DNA of 63,887 bases, counting the filler, from Octopus bimaculoides (Eukaryota): NCBI RefSeq assembly GCF_001194135.2. It is 5 parts of 4 records of this genome, joined end to end, with 100 filler letters (N's around TTAATTAATTAA, not from the genome) between each part and the next. Parts side by side here need not be neighbours in the genome. Positions count along the whole stretch, not along the records: positions 1 to 12,218 come from NC_068983.1; positions 12,319 to 31,025 come from NC_068981.1; 3 more parts are not named here. One strand, given 5' to 3'. The notes under the pieces are model-generated. The model was not told where the DNA came from. It saw nothing but the letters and a program-made list of their open reading frames with translations, and searched no databases. Shown in pieces: positions 12,218-24,190 of the stretch. Each line of letters opens with the position of its first letter. Positions within the stretch are counted from its first letter, which is position 1. A program made the position numbers and the translations under genes.

Positions 12218-12606
12218 ANNNNNNNNNNNNNNNNNNNNNNNNNNNNNNNNNNNNNNNNNNNNTTAATTAATTAANNNNNNNNNNNNNNNNNNNNNNNNNN
12301 NNNNNNNNNNNNNNNNNNTTCCTTCCTTTCCCCCTTCCAAAAAGAAAAGCTCTACATTGTATTTGTCCCATCTTCGTTGAGCCCTGTGTGGCTAATAAAA
12401 GAAATGTATCTATCTATCTATCTATTTAATTAATTCTATAATAGGATTAAATCTTTTACAAGAATTTTATCAAGAGGCTAGCGTGAAAAAACTCATAAGC
12501 GAAAAACCCCCCATCATTTTTTATTCTCAAGATTATATTTATTTATTTATATTTATATATATTTATTTATATTTATATATATTTATTTATATTTCTATAA
12601 ATATAA

Positions 12607-12607
<1 letters not shown>

Positions 12608-12657
<50 letters not shown>

Positions 12658-12658
12658 C

Positions 12659-12728
<70 letters not shown>

Positions 12729-12730
12729 CT
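12608..12730. repeat. (CTAT)n microsatellite
   Basis: Direct reading shows about 30 units. Confidence 0.95.
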
Positions 12731-12739
12731 ATCAAGCAC

Positions 12740-14950
12740 CAAGCCTACACCACACACTAAAAGGCATTTACCCCGGTGAGGTTGATAAATGCCAGAAATA
12801 TTTTTCGAAAAAACTTTGTTGTGATCTCCTCGAGGACAAACCAAAAGAGGAGCCAGCAAAAACTTTCGAGCAGTAAGTAACTCTCTGTTCTTTTTTTTTT
12901 GCATTTTAACTCATTAGGATTATGATCAAGATTGGTTGTACGAATGCACGTGGCTTGGGGTCGCCATGCAAACAAGGGTACATGTTAAATGACATAAAAT
13001 CACATGAGTTAGAAATCATAACCTTAAGTGAGACCAGACTCCATAATCCACGGGCCCTAAAATCCATGTTTGACGGACAATTTAACATAGGCGGTAATGG
13101 CACGGTGGTACTTTTTCGCAAGAGCCTGGATCTCGAACTAAAGGCAATATTCGTAGACCCAGAGGGTAGACTGGTTGTTTTGGGTGTCGAAGGCAGCAAC
13201 GGGTGTGTTTTTCGACTCATATCAGCCTACGCACTGCCTATAAGATGTCGGCCGGATTTCTTTCGTCATCTGGAAATATTCCTAGAAACATCTTGTCCTT
13301 TACCTCTGGTGGGAGATTGGAATGCTACCTTGGACACGCATCTAGACTACGTGTGCAGAAATTCTAATAGGAGGGGTTTCAAATGCCTCAAAGACCTGCT
13401 CAGACGCTTCCAACTGTCTGAAAGATACCGACTCGACCACCCGAATGCGCCAACATGGACGTGGAGCAACCGCATTTGGTCGTCGAGATCGTATCTAGAT
13501 AGAATACTAGGTAGGACAGTAGATAGAGATAGCGTAGGGTGTCCACAAATCCACATAATCAGCTACACGGACTACAAACTTGTAACGTGCACGCTAGACT
13601 TAGATAAGGCACATAGACAGGGTCCCAGTTACCGGAAACTGAACGCGTCTTTCCCGTAGAGACACGTTTTCAGAGACCGGATTAGCACGCTAGTAAGGGG
13701 GAGGGCTTTGACGGGAGCCATCATCAACAACAAATGGTGGTTTTCCCTCAACAGAACAATAAAAGCGGAAGCGATTAGGTATAGTAAACCACTAGCGATA
13801 GATGGAAACAAAGTAGAGGGTGACCTAGTTTAGAAGCTAGAAGAGGCGATTAGAAGTGGCATCGCATCCAATGTATTAGCGGCGAGGCTGGCCATCGACC
13901 AACACTTCAGCGCCAAACACGAAAGGTGTGTTGTCAGAGCTAGGATGCATGCTCTAAGGAACGATGGTGTTGGAGCCGCATGAGAGGCCTGGGTGGCAGA
14001 GGCGCAAAATGGCAACAAAGCCACCATTTGGTCTCTGAGGGATGAACAGGGGCGCGAATTACTCGAGCGCAGTAAAATGTGTGAGGTCTTGCAGCAGCAC
14101 TTTGCCCGACTTTTCGGGTGAAGTAGTGGACTTCAGTGCCTACCTGCATAGCCTGCCACGATTCTCGGCAAGAGAGGTAGAGTGTTGTGAAGGTGCAATC
14201 ACAGTCGCGGATGTGCGGGACGCGATGGTAGAGTGCGCGAGGGACAGATCGCCGGGTTTGGATGGTCTGCTCTACGAGCTTTACAATTGTATGCCAGACT
14301 TGTTTGGAGGCCTCTTGGCAGCTGTGTACTGCAACTGGCAGCAAAACGGGAGCATCCCCGGTTTTGTGAGCCAAGGAGCCGTAACGTTGCTAAAGAAAGA
14401 TCCAAACAAGAGGGACGTAATAGAGAACTTTATGTCCATCACTCTGATCAATGCAGACTTGAACATTTTGGTCAAGGTGCTAGTCAAGGTGCTAGTCAAG
14501 AGGTTGACACTTTTCATCCAGAAACTGGTCGACAAGGCACAAACATGCGCCTTGCCGGACCGGAGCATTCATGACAACTTCCACCTCATGCGCTACATCA
14601 TAAAGAAGGTAGTTAAGTAACCTGGCATGGGTGGGGCACTGATCAATTTGGATTAATCTAAAGCTTTCGATATGGTAGACTTTCGATACTTGGAGGCTGT
14701 CCTCATAGCAGCTGGGTTCGGTCTCGTTTTCCGCCGTTGGATCGCTGCCCTATACAAAGGCATTCGTTCGGTAATTCGCGGGAATGGGCATCTTTCGAGA
14801 CCATTCTACATTGCACGTTCGGTCCGTCCGGGATGTTCCCTCTCGTCGCTTCTGTACGTGTTGACTCTAGAGCCACTACTGCGGAAGCTAGCGACGCTGA
14901 GGGGCATCCCGCGAGAATTGGGATGCGGGACATCGAGCTGGTCGGCGAGA
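12740..14950 (+). mobile_element. Tx1/L1-clade LINE ORF2 (APE endonuclease + N-terminal RT), disrupted and 3'-truncated
   Basis: APE motifs from ATG 12922: IGCTNARGL, LSETRL, LVGDWNATLD, SYLDRIL and SYTDYKLV. RT motifs: RSPGLDGLLYELY, SITLINADLNIL, SKAFDMVD and SVRPGCSLSSLLYVLTLEPLL. The sequence ends before the YADD motif. Confidence 0.9.
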
Positions 14951-15629
14951 CACTGAAAGACTACGAAGTGGGTATCCGAAATGATATGTTTGAGAAACGC
15001 TGTTATAGATTATGCCTAACCGAAAACGATCACAGCCACATCATCAAAACAGACCGGGTGAAACCGGGTTTAGCTGCTAATATATATATATATATATATA
15101 TATATGTAAAGTCTTCTAGTTATAAGGTGTAGTGATGAAGAGAAAGTCTATTAAAAGGAACAAACGGAAAGAAAGAGAAAAGAAAGGACAATAGTGAGAA
15201 ATAGAAAGCAAGTGAAAGAAAAGGAAAAACCAAAGGAGAGAGAAAGAAAATGAGGAAATGAAGGAGGGAGAAATGAGAACGAAAGGAAACTGTAAAAAAC
15301 AGGAACAAGGTACAAGGGAAGACAGGCAGAATAAGAAAGGAGTAAGAAGAAAATAAGGAATAAACTGGTAGAGAAAGTAGTTCAGGTCTTAGAATGGTCA
15401 AAGTATACAGTGGGAAAACTTGATAGCAAAAGATCAGTAGAAAAATAGTACGTGATGAACTTTGGAATCAGTAGAAGTTTTGGGCATAAACATGCGAATG
15501 AATAAATATAAAAATAGTGACTTGGCAATTGAAATAAATAAATGCGTGGTGGAGGGATGGGACAAAATACGAGCACCTGGGAATGTAAGAAATATCGGGC
15601 GGCTTTTAAGCTAGTATATAGCTTTTAAG

Positions 15630-16100
15630 CAACTAACCCTGCTGATCTGCAAACAAATCACTGATTTATTTTAGAGAATTTGTTGCAATTGCTTTCTCAA
15701 GAGTTATATCTCAATGATGATAATATTCGTCGCAAAAATTCATGTAAAATATTGCGCAAACAATCGCAGTAATGAAAACATAGAAATCCAAAATTTCAGG
15801 ATTGCAGGTCCGGTTTCGTCCCGGAATGTTTTTAATTTACTCACAGATTTAGCTTTTAGATTATAAAAATTGTTATCGTACAAAAACATTTGTCATAAAA
15901 AGTCACGTTAAAAAAATCGCCGAAAACAATCACTGGGAATCGAAAATGCCAGGATTGTGGGTCCAGATTCGGCACAGATTGTTTTTTAATTTATTCACAG
16001 AGTCAGCCTCATTCCAAAATGGTATGATATGTTGAGCTACGGCCTCTGAAATTAAAGTTGAAAAAGTGTGACACACTGACATTCACATTTATTATATTAT
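15630..16100 (-). mobile_element. Non-autonomous Helitron-like element (degenerate)
   Basis: The minus-strand 5' end ataatataataaaatgtgaatgtcagtgtgtcacac resembles Helitron 5' ends. Similar ends recur at ~16330-16375 and ~16775-16830. Confidence 0.45.
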
Positions 16101-16112
16101 TTTGTTATTTTT

Positions 16113-16325
16113 GGGTAGCGAACTGGCAGAGTCGTTAGCACGCCGAGCGAAATGCTTGCTGGTATTTCGTCCCTCGTTAGTTTTTGAGTTCGGATTCCGC
16201 CGAAGTCGACTTTGCCTTCCATCCTTTCGAGATCAATAAAATCAGTACCAGTTACGTACGGAGGTCGATGTAATCGACTTAATCTCTTCCCCCAAAATTT
16301 GAGGTCTTGTGCTTCCGGTATAAAG
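16113..16325 (+). mobile_element. tRNA-derived SINE with a Meta-like central domain
   Basis: A-box tggcagagtcgttag and B-box gagttcggattcc, followed by gtcgactttgccttccatcctttcgagatcaataaaatcagtacc. A degenerate copy lies at ~38975-39030. The domain name is from memory. Confidence 0.7.
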
Positions 16326-17359
16326 GATTTATTAAAGTTGAAATATTGTGACAGACTGACATTTATTATACTAGATGTGTTTAATCTTGGGAAAAGTTTT
16401 TTTCAGTTAGTGTATTTGATATGTGTGTGTGTGTGTGTGCGTGTGTATGTATTAAAGAAAGAAAAAATAAAAAAAAAAGATGACAAGAGACATCCTTAAA
16501 CAAAGTTGTACATCATCTCCCTCTCTCTCTCTCTCACACATGCCCACTCTTTCTCTCTCTTTTATTATTACTCCCACTGCCACCATCAACACTATTACTT
16601 TTAATAAAACATCAACTCTCCCTAAATTTCTTTGTACCTCTCTTTCTCTCTTTCCCTCTCTTTTTCTTTCTCCCTCTTTGTCTTCGCCACTGCCCTTACT
16701 GTCTCTATGCCTACTATTACTCTCACCCCATCATGAGGAATAATGGGAGTATCATTGAATAGTGAGAGAGGGGGGTCTAAGTGTGACACACTGACACACA
16801 GAAATTAGTTTTCGCATTTATTATATTGGTATAATGTAAAATGATACAAGCAATGATGTTTACACTTCTCTCGAACGTCATGTATCCTTTGAATTATTAT
16901 TTCTTTGCATTATTCGACATAAAGCTTATCATATTGCTACCTATTCATATTTTGTCGGTTCTTTTGAATCAGTGACCCCGCAGTTATTCATTAAACATAT
17001 ATATTTTTTTATATTTACTTGTTCATATATCTATTTCCACCTTTTTCATTCTACTGATGCCAAAGTCTATAAAGTGTTATTTTCAACTGACTTTTTTTTA
17101 ATAAATTCTTCCATGGTATCTTTTGACCAGTTTTTTTCTTTTTACTATTTATTGCTTATCCTTCCTCTTTCTTACTATTTATTCCCTCTTCCTTCCTTTT
17201 CTCTTTTCTCTACCTTTTCTTTTTCTTTTCCGTTGTTCAGTCTTCTGTTCCCTTCCTTTTTTTTTGCTTCTTTTACTTTTCTTTTCTATTTTTCCTTTTC
17301 TTTTTCCTCTTCCTCCATTTGTTTCTTACTTTTCTCTTTAATCATGCTTTCTCTTCATC

Positions 17360-17432
<73 letters not shown>

Positions 17433-17624
17433 GTGTGTGTGCGTTTGTGTGTGTGCGCAAAACCCATCAATTTCCAGTCATAGCAAGATCCTGTGCAGGT
17501 GAAACTCAGAGTAGCAAGAGACTGACACGAACAAAATACATACATACACACATACACACATACAAACATACATACATACATTCATACATACATACATACA
17601 TTTAGCACATAAATACACATGCAT

Positions 17625-17845
17625 GCATCTAGACATGAAACTATATACATAAAAACACATCCATAAAACAAACATACAAATTTGCGCATACGCTAACACC
17701 AAATACTGCACACACACAGAGAGACACATATGCACAAATACCTAGATGATGTTGATAAATGTTCCAATGAAGGAGCCTTGAATCTATGTTAGAGTCCGGC
17801 TCTTTCTCTATGGACAAGAAATACAGAAATAAAACTGATTGATAA
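17625..17845 (+). mobile_element. 3' UTR of an RLE-type (R4/Dong-like) LINE
   Basis: Aligns by eye with 60577-60790 (tctagacatg.aactata..ttccaatgaaggagc.ttg.atcta.gttaga), which follows an RLE endonuclease fragment. Confidence 0.65.
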
Positions 17846-17999
17846 CATACATACATATATACATACATACACATATATCTCAGCATCGATAAGGATGTTG
17901 CATACGCTTGTGCCGTGACTACAGCCAGAATAACAGAAGAATACTTCTACAGACTCCGGTAAATATGGAACTTAGAGATATCTGCCTTCTACAATAACA

Positions 18000-18790
18000 T
18001 ATCTCCCAATGCTTTTGCAGTACAGGTGCTAGTGCCAACATTTGAGATATTGGACATGACAGTTGAAAAGATCCGCTGCCTTGACATCAAAACTGGAAAG
18101 ATACTGAGCACGACTGAGAACTTCCGCATCAGTAACGACACAGATAGAGTATATGTAAGATGAAGAGATGGTGCAGAGGCATAAGGCCATTTTATACAGC
18201 TTTTGAATTTCGTATTGTATCACTCAGACAATACCTGCTGAACAGTAAAGAATGATATGAGTACATTACATGCGTATTCAAAAGTGAGAGCAACAACATC
18301 TTCAGTGTAGGTAAAATAACTATTGAGCATTTACTCTGAGAATATAACTGAATCTTACCACCCCAGACAGGTTGCACTGGTTTACCGAAACAGGGGCCTG
18401 GAGGAGAAACATACCAGAAAAAAAGCGATGCATAGATGCATATCTTATGATCTAGAGTATAAGAGCATTGAAAGGAAGATTAGCCTATCCAGGGCCAGTG
18501 AAAGATACATTACATTCCACCTTGAAAGATAAACCTTCGCTATGCAGGAACAGGGGGTAGCTGCTAAATACCTGATAAACAAGAAAAACAAGGATAACAT
18601 CAAACCCACGTGTTGTGATACTACCAAAGTGTCTAGTTGTAATATGCTATGCCAGTGTTTAAGATATCACACTCATCATCAACAGTTATTCCAAAATGAC
18701 TACATAATTGTGCCTGTCCCTCAGGCATGACATTGTTGCAAATACTATTTACAGTTCTTTGCACAGTAAAGATTGCTTGTCAGAACCAAC
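18000..18790 (+). mobile_element. R4/Dong-like (RLE) LINE fragment, post-RT region and zinc knuckle, highly decayed
   Basis: LDIKTGKIL..NF..DRVYV matches the DIKTRK..SDVDRLY pattern. Also AMQEQGV and RHDIVANTIY. Confidence 0.6.
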
Positions 18791-18791
18791 A

Positions 18792-18856
<65 letters not shown>

Positions 18857-20011
18857 NNNNNNNNNNNNNNNNNNNNNNNNNNNNNNNNNNNNNNNNNNNN
18901 NNNNNNNNNNNNNNNNNNNNNNNNNNNNNNNNNNNNNNNNNNNNNNNNNNNNNNNNNNNNNNNNNNNNNNNNNNNNNNNNNNNNNNNNNNNNNNNNNNNN
19001 NNNNNNNNNNNNNNNNNNNNNNNNNNNNNNNNNNNNNNNNNNNNNNNNNNNNNNNNNNNNNNNNNNNNNNNNNNNNNNNNNNNNNNNNNNNNNNNNNNNN
19101 NNNNNNNNNNNNNNNNNNNNNNNNNNNNNNNNNNNNNNNNNNNNNNNNNNNNNNNNNNNNNNNNNNNNNNNNNNNNNNNNNNNNNNNNNNNNNNNNNNNN
19201 NNNNNNNNNNNNNNNNNNNNNNNNNNNNNNNNNNNNNNNNNNNNNNNNNNNNNNNNNNNNNNNNNNNNNNNNNNNNNNNNNNNNNNNNNNNNNNNNNNNN
19301 NNNNNNNNNNNNNNNNNNNNNNNNNNNNNNNNNNNNNNNNNNNNNNNNNNNNNNNNNNNNNNNNNNNNNNNNNNNNNNNNNNNNNNNNNNNNNNNNNNNN
19401 NNNNNNNNNNNNNNNNNNNNNNNNNNNNNNNNNNNNNNNNNNNNNNNNNNNNNNNNNNNNNNNNNNNNNNNNNNNNNNNNNNNNNNNNNNNNNNNNNNNN
19501 NNNNNNNNNNNNNNNNNNNNNNNNNNNNNNNNNNNNNNNNNNNNNNNNNNNNNNNNNNNNNNNNNNNNNNNNNNNNNNNNNNNNNNNNNNNNNNNNNNNN
19601 NNNNNNNNNNNNNNNNNNNNNNNNNNNNNNNNNNNNNNNNNNNNNNNNNNNNNNNNNNNNNNNNNNNNNNNNNNNNNNNNNNNNNNNNNNNNNNNNNNNN
19701 NNNNNNNNNNNNNNNNNNNNNNNNNNNNNNNNNNNNNNNNNNNNNNNNNNNNNNNNNNNNNNNNNNNNNNNNNNNNNNNNNNNNNNNNNNNNNNNNNNNN
19801 NNNNNNNNNNNNNNNNNNNNNNNNNNNNNNNATATATATACATATATATAGTGATGGTTTGTTGCCAACTTAATGTGGCTGTCCCAGGAAAGGAAAGAAT
19901 GCTACTGCTATTAAGCCCCCACCGTTTCTAGTTGGCTATGTGACACAATCGTACTGTGTGTTTGTTTTCAAACAGGGGAGATAAGCACCTCCACACAAGA
20001 AAGCTACCATA

Positions 20012-20050
20012 CAGAGACTAGTTTCAGAGTCATTGCTCTTCATCAGTCTG
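20012..20050 (-). ncRNA. Minimal type I hammerhead ribozyme motif (orphan)
   Basis: Minus strand reads caga CTGATGA agag-caatga-ctct GAAA ctag TC tctg. The core is canonical, stems I and II have 4 bp each, stem III is the palindrome CTAG and the cleavage triplet is GUC. Confidence 0.85.
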
Positions 20051-21018
20051 GAATAGCTTGGCTTGCTAGCTGTCGATACTTATCCACATCAATGTACACT
20101 ATATTAAACTTAAAAGTATTGAAAATCCACACATTGTTGTCATATTTTATTAACGTTCCTACTTTAAAAATGTGGAGAGCTTGAATGGAAGGGAAATATC
20201 TACCTGAGTACCCATTTAAACGGATGTTGAGGCTTCGTATGCATGCCTGAAGTGTTACAAATATCTCTCCTAACCGAGGTTTGAAACAATTATATGTAAA
20301 CTATCGAAGTTTAAACTTATTGTCTGTTAAGCTTACATACGATTGTCTAGCGATAAAGCTGTTAAATGTATGTTTATAAAATCGTTAATTAAGCAATTAC
20401 TTTCTAAAGTGTAATTGCTTCTGTGAGCAGAATTACAAATTACGCTATAACAAACAGCACTGTAATTATTGCTATTATTTCTAATTGTTAAATTACTTTC
20501 ATTGAAAGAAGCAGTTCTTTGCATTAGGTTAGGACTTGTGATATAAGATATATCATCAGTATTACTATTAAAGATATTCCCATACCTATGTTGTGCAAGA
20601 GAATGTTTCATAAGTAACAGCAAACGTTTCTATCATTGTAGATACTTCTATGTTAATAGATGTATTCAACCAAATAATATTCCTTAGTGTATATCTCCTA
20701 GAACTACAATTTCTTAAAATGTCTATGAGCCAATACTTCGTTATAACTGATTAAACGATCCTTCCATATTTTCTCGTTTGGAGTTTATCTCAGCAAACTT
20801 AATGCAAAACAAGTTCTTCATGACGTTCTTCAGATCGTTCGAAAAACATTTGATATGATTTACCGTTTTGTTAAATTTTCTGTGTAGGTAAAATTACCTA
20901 TTATAGAAATTTAGTGTCAAATCCCAAAATGATTGCTACATATTAATCGTACCCAATATAATGGATAAATTAACTCCATTGAAAGAGTCAATCAATTTCT
21001 ATAAGAATTTATCAGTAA

Positions 21019-21109
21019 CTAGCAGAAATACCCGGCGTTGCCCGGGTTAAAGAGAATAATGAAATCTAAAAACGCCGTCTAGACTACGCATCATCTTTAT
21101 ATATAGAGA
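21019..21109 (-). mobile_element. Complete 91-bp non-autonomous Helitron
   Basis: Minus strand reads A|TCTCTATATATAAAG...acccgg-gcaacg-ccgggt-atttctg-CTAG|T. It has a 5' TC, a subterminal hairpin, a 3' CTAG, and sits between A and T. Confidence 0.85.
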
Positions 21110-22329
21110 TGTATATACACACACGCACCCAAACACACGTATATATATGTATATCAATATAAATATATGAAAGTCGAGGAAGTTTCGTAAAAGAAGGTGA
21201 TCATGTACATACTTTCTTGCTGTTGTGATTATAACACCTCATTGTAAACTATGTTCCTTGTTTTCCCTTGTGGAGCATATACAAATAGGTCTTTTGTTGC
21301 TGCCCACNNNNNNNNNNNNNNNNNNNNNNNNNNNNNNNNNNNNNNNNNNNNNNNNNNNNNNNNNNNNNNNNNNNNNNNNNNNNNNNNNNNNNNNNNNNNN
21401 NNNNNNNNNNNNNNNNNNNNNNNNNNNNNNNNNNNNNNNNNNNNNNNNNNNNNNNNNNNNNNNNNNNNNNNNNNNNNNNNNNNNNNNNNNNNNNNNNNNN
21501 NNNNNNNNNNNNNNNNNNNNNNNNNNNNNNNNNNNNNNNNNNNNNNNNNNNNNNNNNNNNNNNNNNNNNNNNNNNNNNNNNNNNNNNNNNNNNNNNNNNN
21601 NNNNNNNNNNNNNNNNNNNNNNNNNNNNNNNNNNNNNNNNNNNNNNNNNNNNNNNNNNNNNNNNNNNNNNNNNNNNNNNNNNNNNNNNNNNNNNNNNNNN
21701 NNNNNNNNNNNNNNNNNNNNNNNNNNNNNNNNNNNNNNNNNNNNNNNNNNNNNNNNNNNNNNNNNNNNNNNNNNNNNNNNNNNNNNNNNNNNNNNNNNNN
21801 NNNNNNNNNNNNNNNNNNNNNNNNNNNNNNNNNNNNNNNNNNNNNNNNNNNNNNNNNNNNNNNNNNNNNNNNNNNNNNNNNNNNNNNNNNNNNNNNNNNN
21901 NNNNNNNNNNNNNNNNNNNNNNNNNNNNNNNNNNNNNNNNNNNNNNNNNNNNNNNNNNNNNNNNNNNNNNNNNNNNNNNNNNNNNNNNNNNNNNNNNNNN
22001 NNNNNNNNNNNNNNNNNNNNNNNNNNNNNNNNNNNNNNNNNNNNNNNNNNNNNNNNNNNNNNNNNNNNNNNNNNNNNNNNNNNNNNNNNNNNNNNNNNNN
22101 NNNNNNNNNNNNNNNNNNNNNNNNNNNNNNNNNNNNNNNNNNNNNNNNNNNNNNNNNNNNNNNNNNNNNNNNNNNNNNNNNNNNNNNNNNNNNNNNNNNN
22201 NNNNNNNNNNNNNNNNNNNNNNNNNNNNNNNNNNNNNNNNNNNNNNNNNNNNNNNNNNNNNCTCTCTCTCTCTCTCTCTTTCTGTCTCTCTCTTTCTCTC
22301 TTTCTCTCTCTGTGAAAGTATCTGTCACT

Positions 22330-22599
22330 ACAGTATCGAAATGTGATTGTTTCAGTTAGTGGAATAGTTTCATTTTTAAAGTGAAAGTATTTGACATGAG
22401 TGTTTTTGTTTCACTTTTGACACGTAATACTTAAATAGTGGAGGAGATATTATGTTGCCGTGTGCTCGAACTCTGCAACCCTAAGTAAGGCATGTGTAAA
22501 ATTTGAATGAAATTGGTTGCGTAGTTCTCGAGTTTTAGGGATTCACACAGACAGACAGACAGACAGACAGACACACATTCTCATTTTTATATATATAGA
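22330..22599 (-). mobile_element. Helitron-type non-autonomous element, 5' portion
   Basis: Minus strand reads a|tctatatatataaaaatgagaatgtgtg(tctg)n..aaaactcgagaactacgcaaccaattttc. The 3' end is not located and is probably in the adjacent gap. Confidence 0.6.
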
Positions 22600-23387
22600 T
22601 ACGGGAGATTACCATTGATCCTGCTTAATAGGCTGCCATCTCTATGCAAACCCCACCGATACTTTTCTATAAAGGAATTCATCCCTAATTTCGACCACAA
22701 AAATTACGCCAATAATATAAGTAACCTCGTCGGAATCTCTTGTACTCATGCTTACGTAAAAAAAACGGAGTGATTGTCAATTTAATTTCAATCAAACAGT
22801 ATTGTAACTTGGATAATTTTCCTGAGCAGGGATAATTTAACAAATCCCAAATCAAATTTCACACATGCATTTTCCAGTATTGATATCCGTGACTAATAAT
22901 GAGGAAAATATAACAACCATCAATATTAAAATTGCATAAGATTTCTACATTCAATATTAAGGGTACATTTAGAACAATCTAGCAGGGAAAAAAGAATTAC
23001 ATAATAGTGTTCAAGAGTCTTCTTCTCTAATGTTCGGTAATATCTTATTTAAAATGTCTACGCTGGCTACCTATAAATAATTAGAATAATCTCGCTAATA
23101 GATGGTCTATTGTGGAATTAATATTTTTGGTCCTTCAATGTGAAATAAAGTGTGAGTGGATCTGTTCAAAATTGGATAAGCAGATCAGAAGAAAATATAA
23201 ATAGCAAATTGTTCATAATATTTATAACAATAATTTGAATTATAGTAATTTGTAGTAATCAAATAGGAGTGGTTGCTATGAACCCCCTTCAGCCAAATTC
23301 AAATGATTTATTTTGTAAAAGGAACATGAACATCATTCGAATCTGAGTTTTTAAATCATATAATTTCTTGTGGTAAAGATTTTTTGA

Positions 23388-23857
23388 CAACATAACATGG
23401 CAGTCCCGGTTCAGGACTAATGTTACTGTAATTTAGTCCCAGGAGACATCGTCTCCAGCTGGCTATACGACACGATCTGTGTCCTCATATTTTAGAACAA
23501 GGAAATCTAGTACCCCAACTCAGCTCAAAACAATATCTGTGTATCGCGATTTCTGAGTTATTTCTCTTCATCAGCACAGAATAATTGCTCGGCTAGAGGT
23601 AGAGCTGCCAAATTTCCGTTTAAAATATAGTTTTCAAAGTGACAACTAGTTACAGATTTATAAATTTGAAAATTACTATTTTTAAATTTCACAACGTGAG
23701 ATTCACAGATATTGTTTTGAGCTGAGTGGGGGTGCTAGATTCCCTCGTTGGAAAATATGAGGACACAGATCGTGTCGTATAGCCAGCTGGAGACGATGTC
23801 TCCTGGGACTAAATTACAGTAGCATTAGTCCTAAACCAGGACAGCCATGTTATGTTG
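23388..23857. repeat. 154-bp inverted repeat (23388-23541 / 23704-23857) with a 162-bp spacer; probable Penelope pLTR fold-back remnant
   Basis: The arms are reverse complements with about 10 mismatches counted by eye. A hammerhead motif overlaps the inner edge of the left arm. Confidence 0.9.
23536..23580 (-). ncRNA. Minimal type I hammerhead ribozyme motif
   Basis: Minus strand reads tctgtg CTGATGA agag-aaataa-ctca GAAA tcgcga TA cacaga. Stem I has 6 bp, stem III is the palindrome TCGCGA, the triplet is AUA, and there is an A.A mismatch at the base of stem II. Confidence 0.8.
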
Positions 23858-23962
23858 GCAAACAATCTTTACTACAAAGTACTGCTGCTGAATATCTCAC
23901 ATTGTGAGATTTAAAAATAGTAATTTTCATATAATTTCTGAGTGAAACTCGTAGCATACACG

Positions 23963-24009
<47 letters not shown>

Positions 24010-24104
24010 GATGCATACATACATACATGCATACATACATGCGTACATACATACACTCACATACATACACACACACACACAAACACATATATACACACAC
24101 ACAC

Positions 24105-24190
<86 letters not shown>

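Noticed and set aside
12263-12274. TTAATTAATTAA flanked by N runs, repeated at 31070, 45912 and 61060
   Set aside because: The identical 12-mer sits between N runs each time and has stops in all six frames. It is an artificial scaffolding spacer, not biology.
18708-19931. Long ORFs in the track spanning N runs (also at 21225, 52726, 55581, 58203 and 61642)
   Set aside because: They are open only because of Ns and microsatellites, giving poly-CV, YI, HT and ER translations.
20300-20950. Faint RT-like words upstream of the orphan hammerhead, and similarly at 22620-23380 and 39120-39700
   Set aside because: The similarity is too weak to call by eye. A frameshift-aware HMM search is needed.
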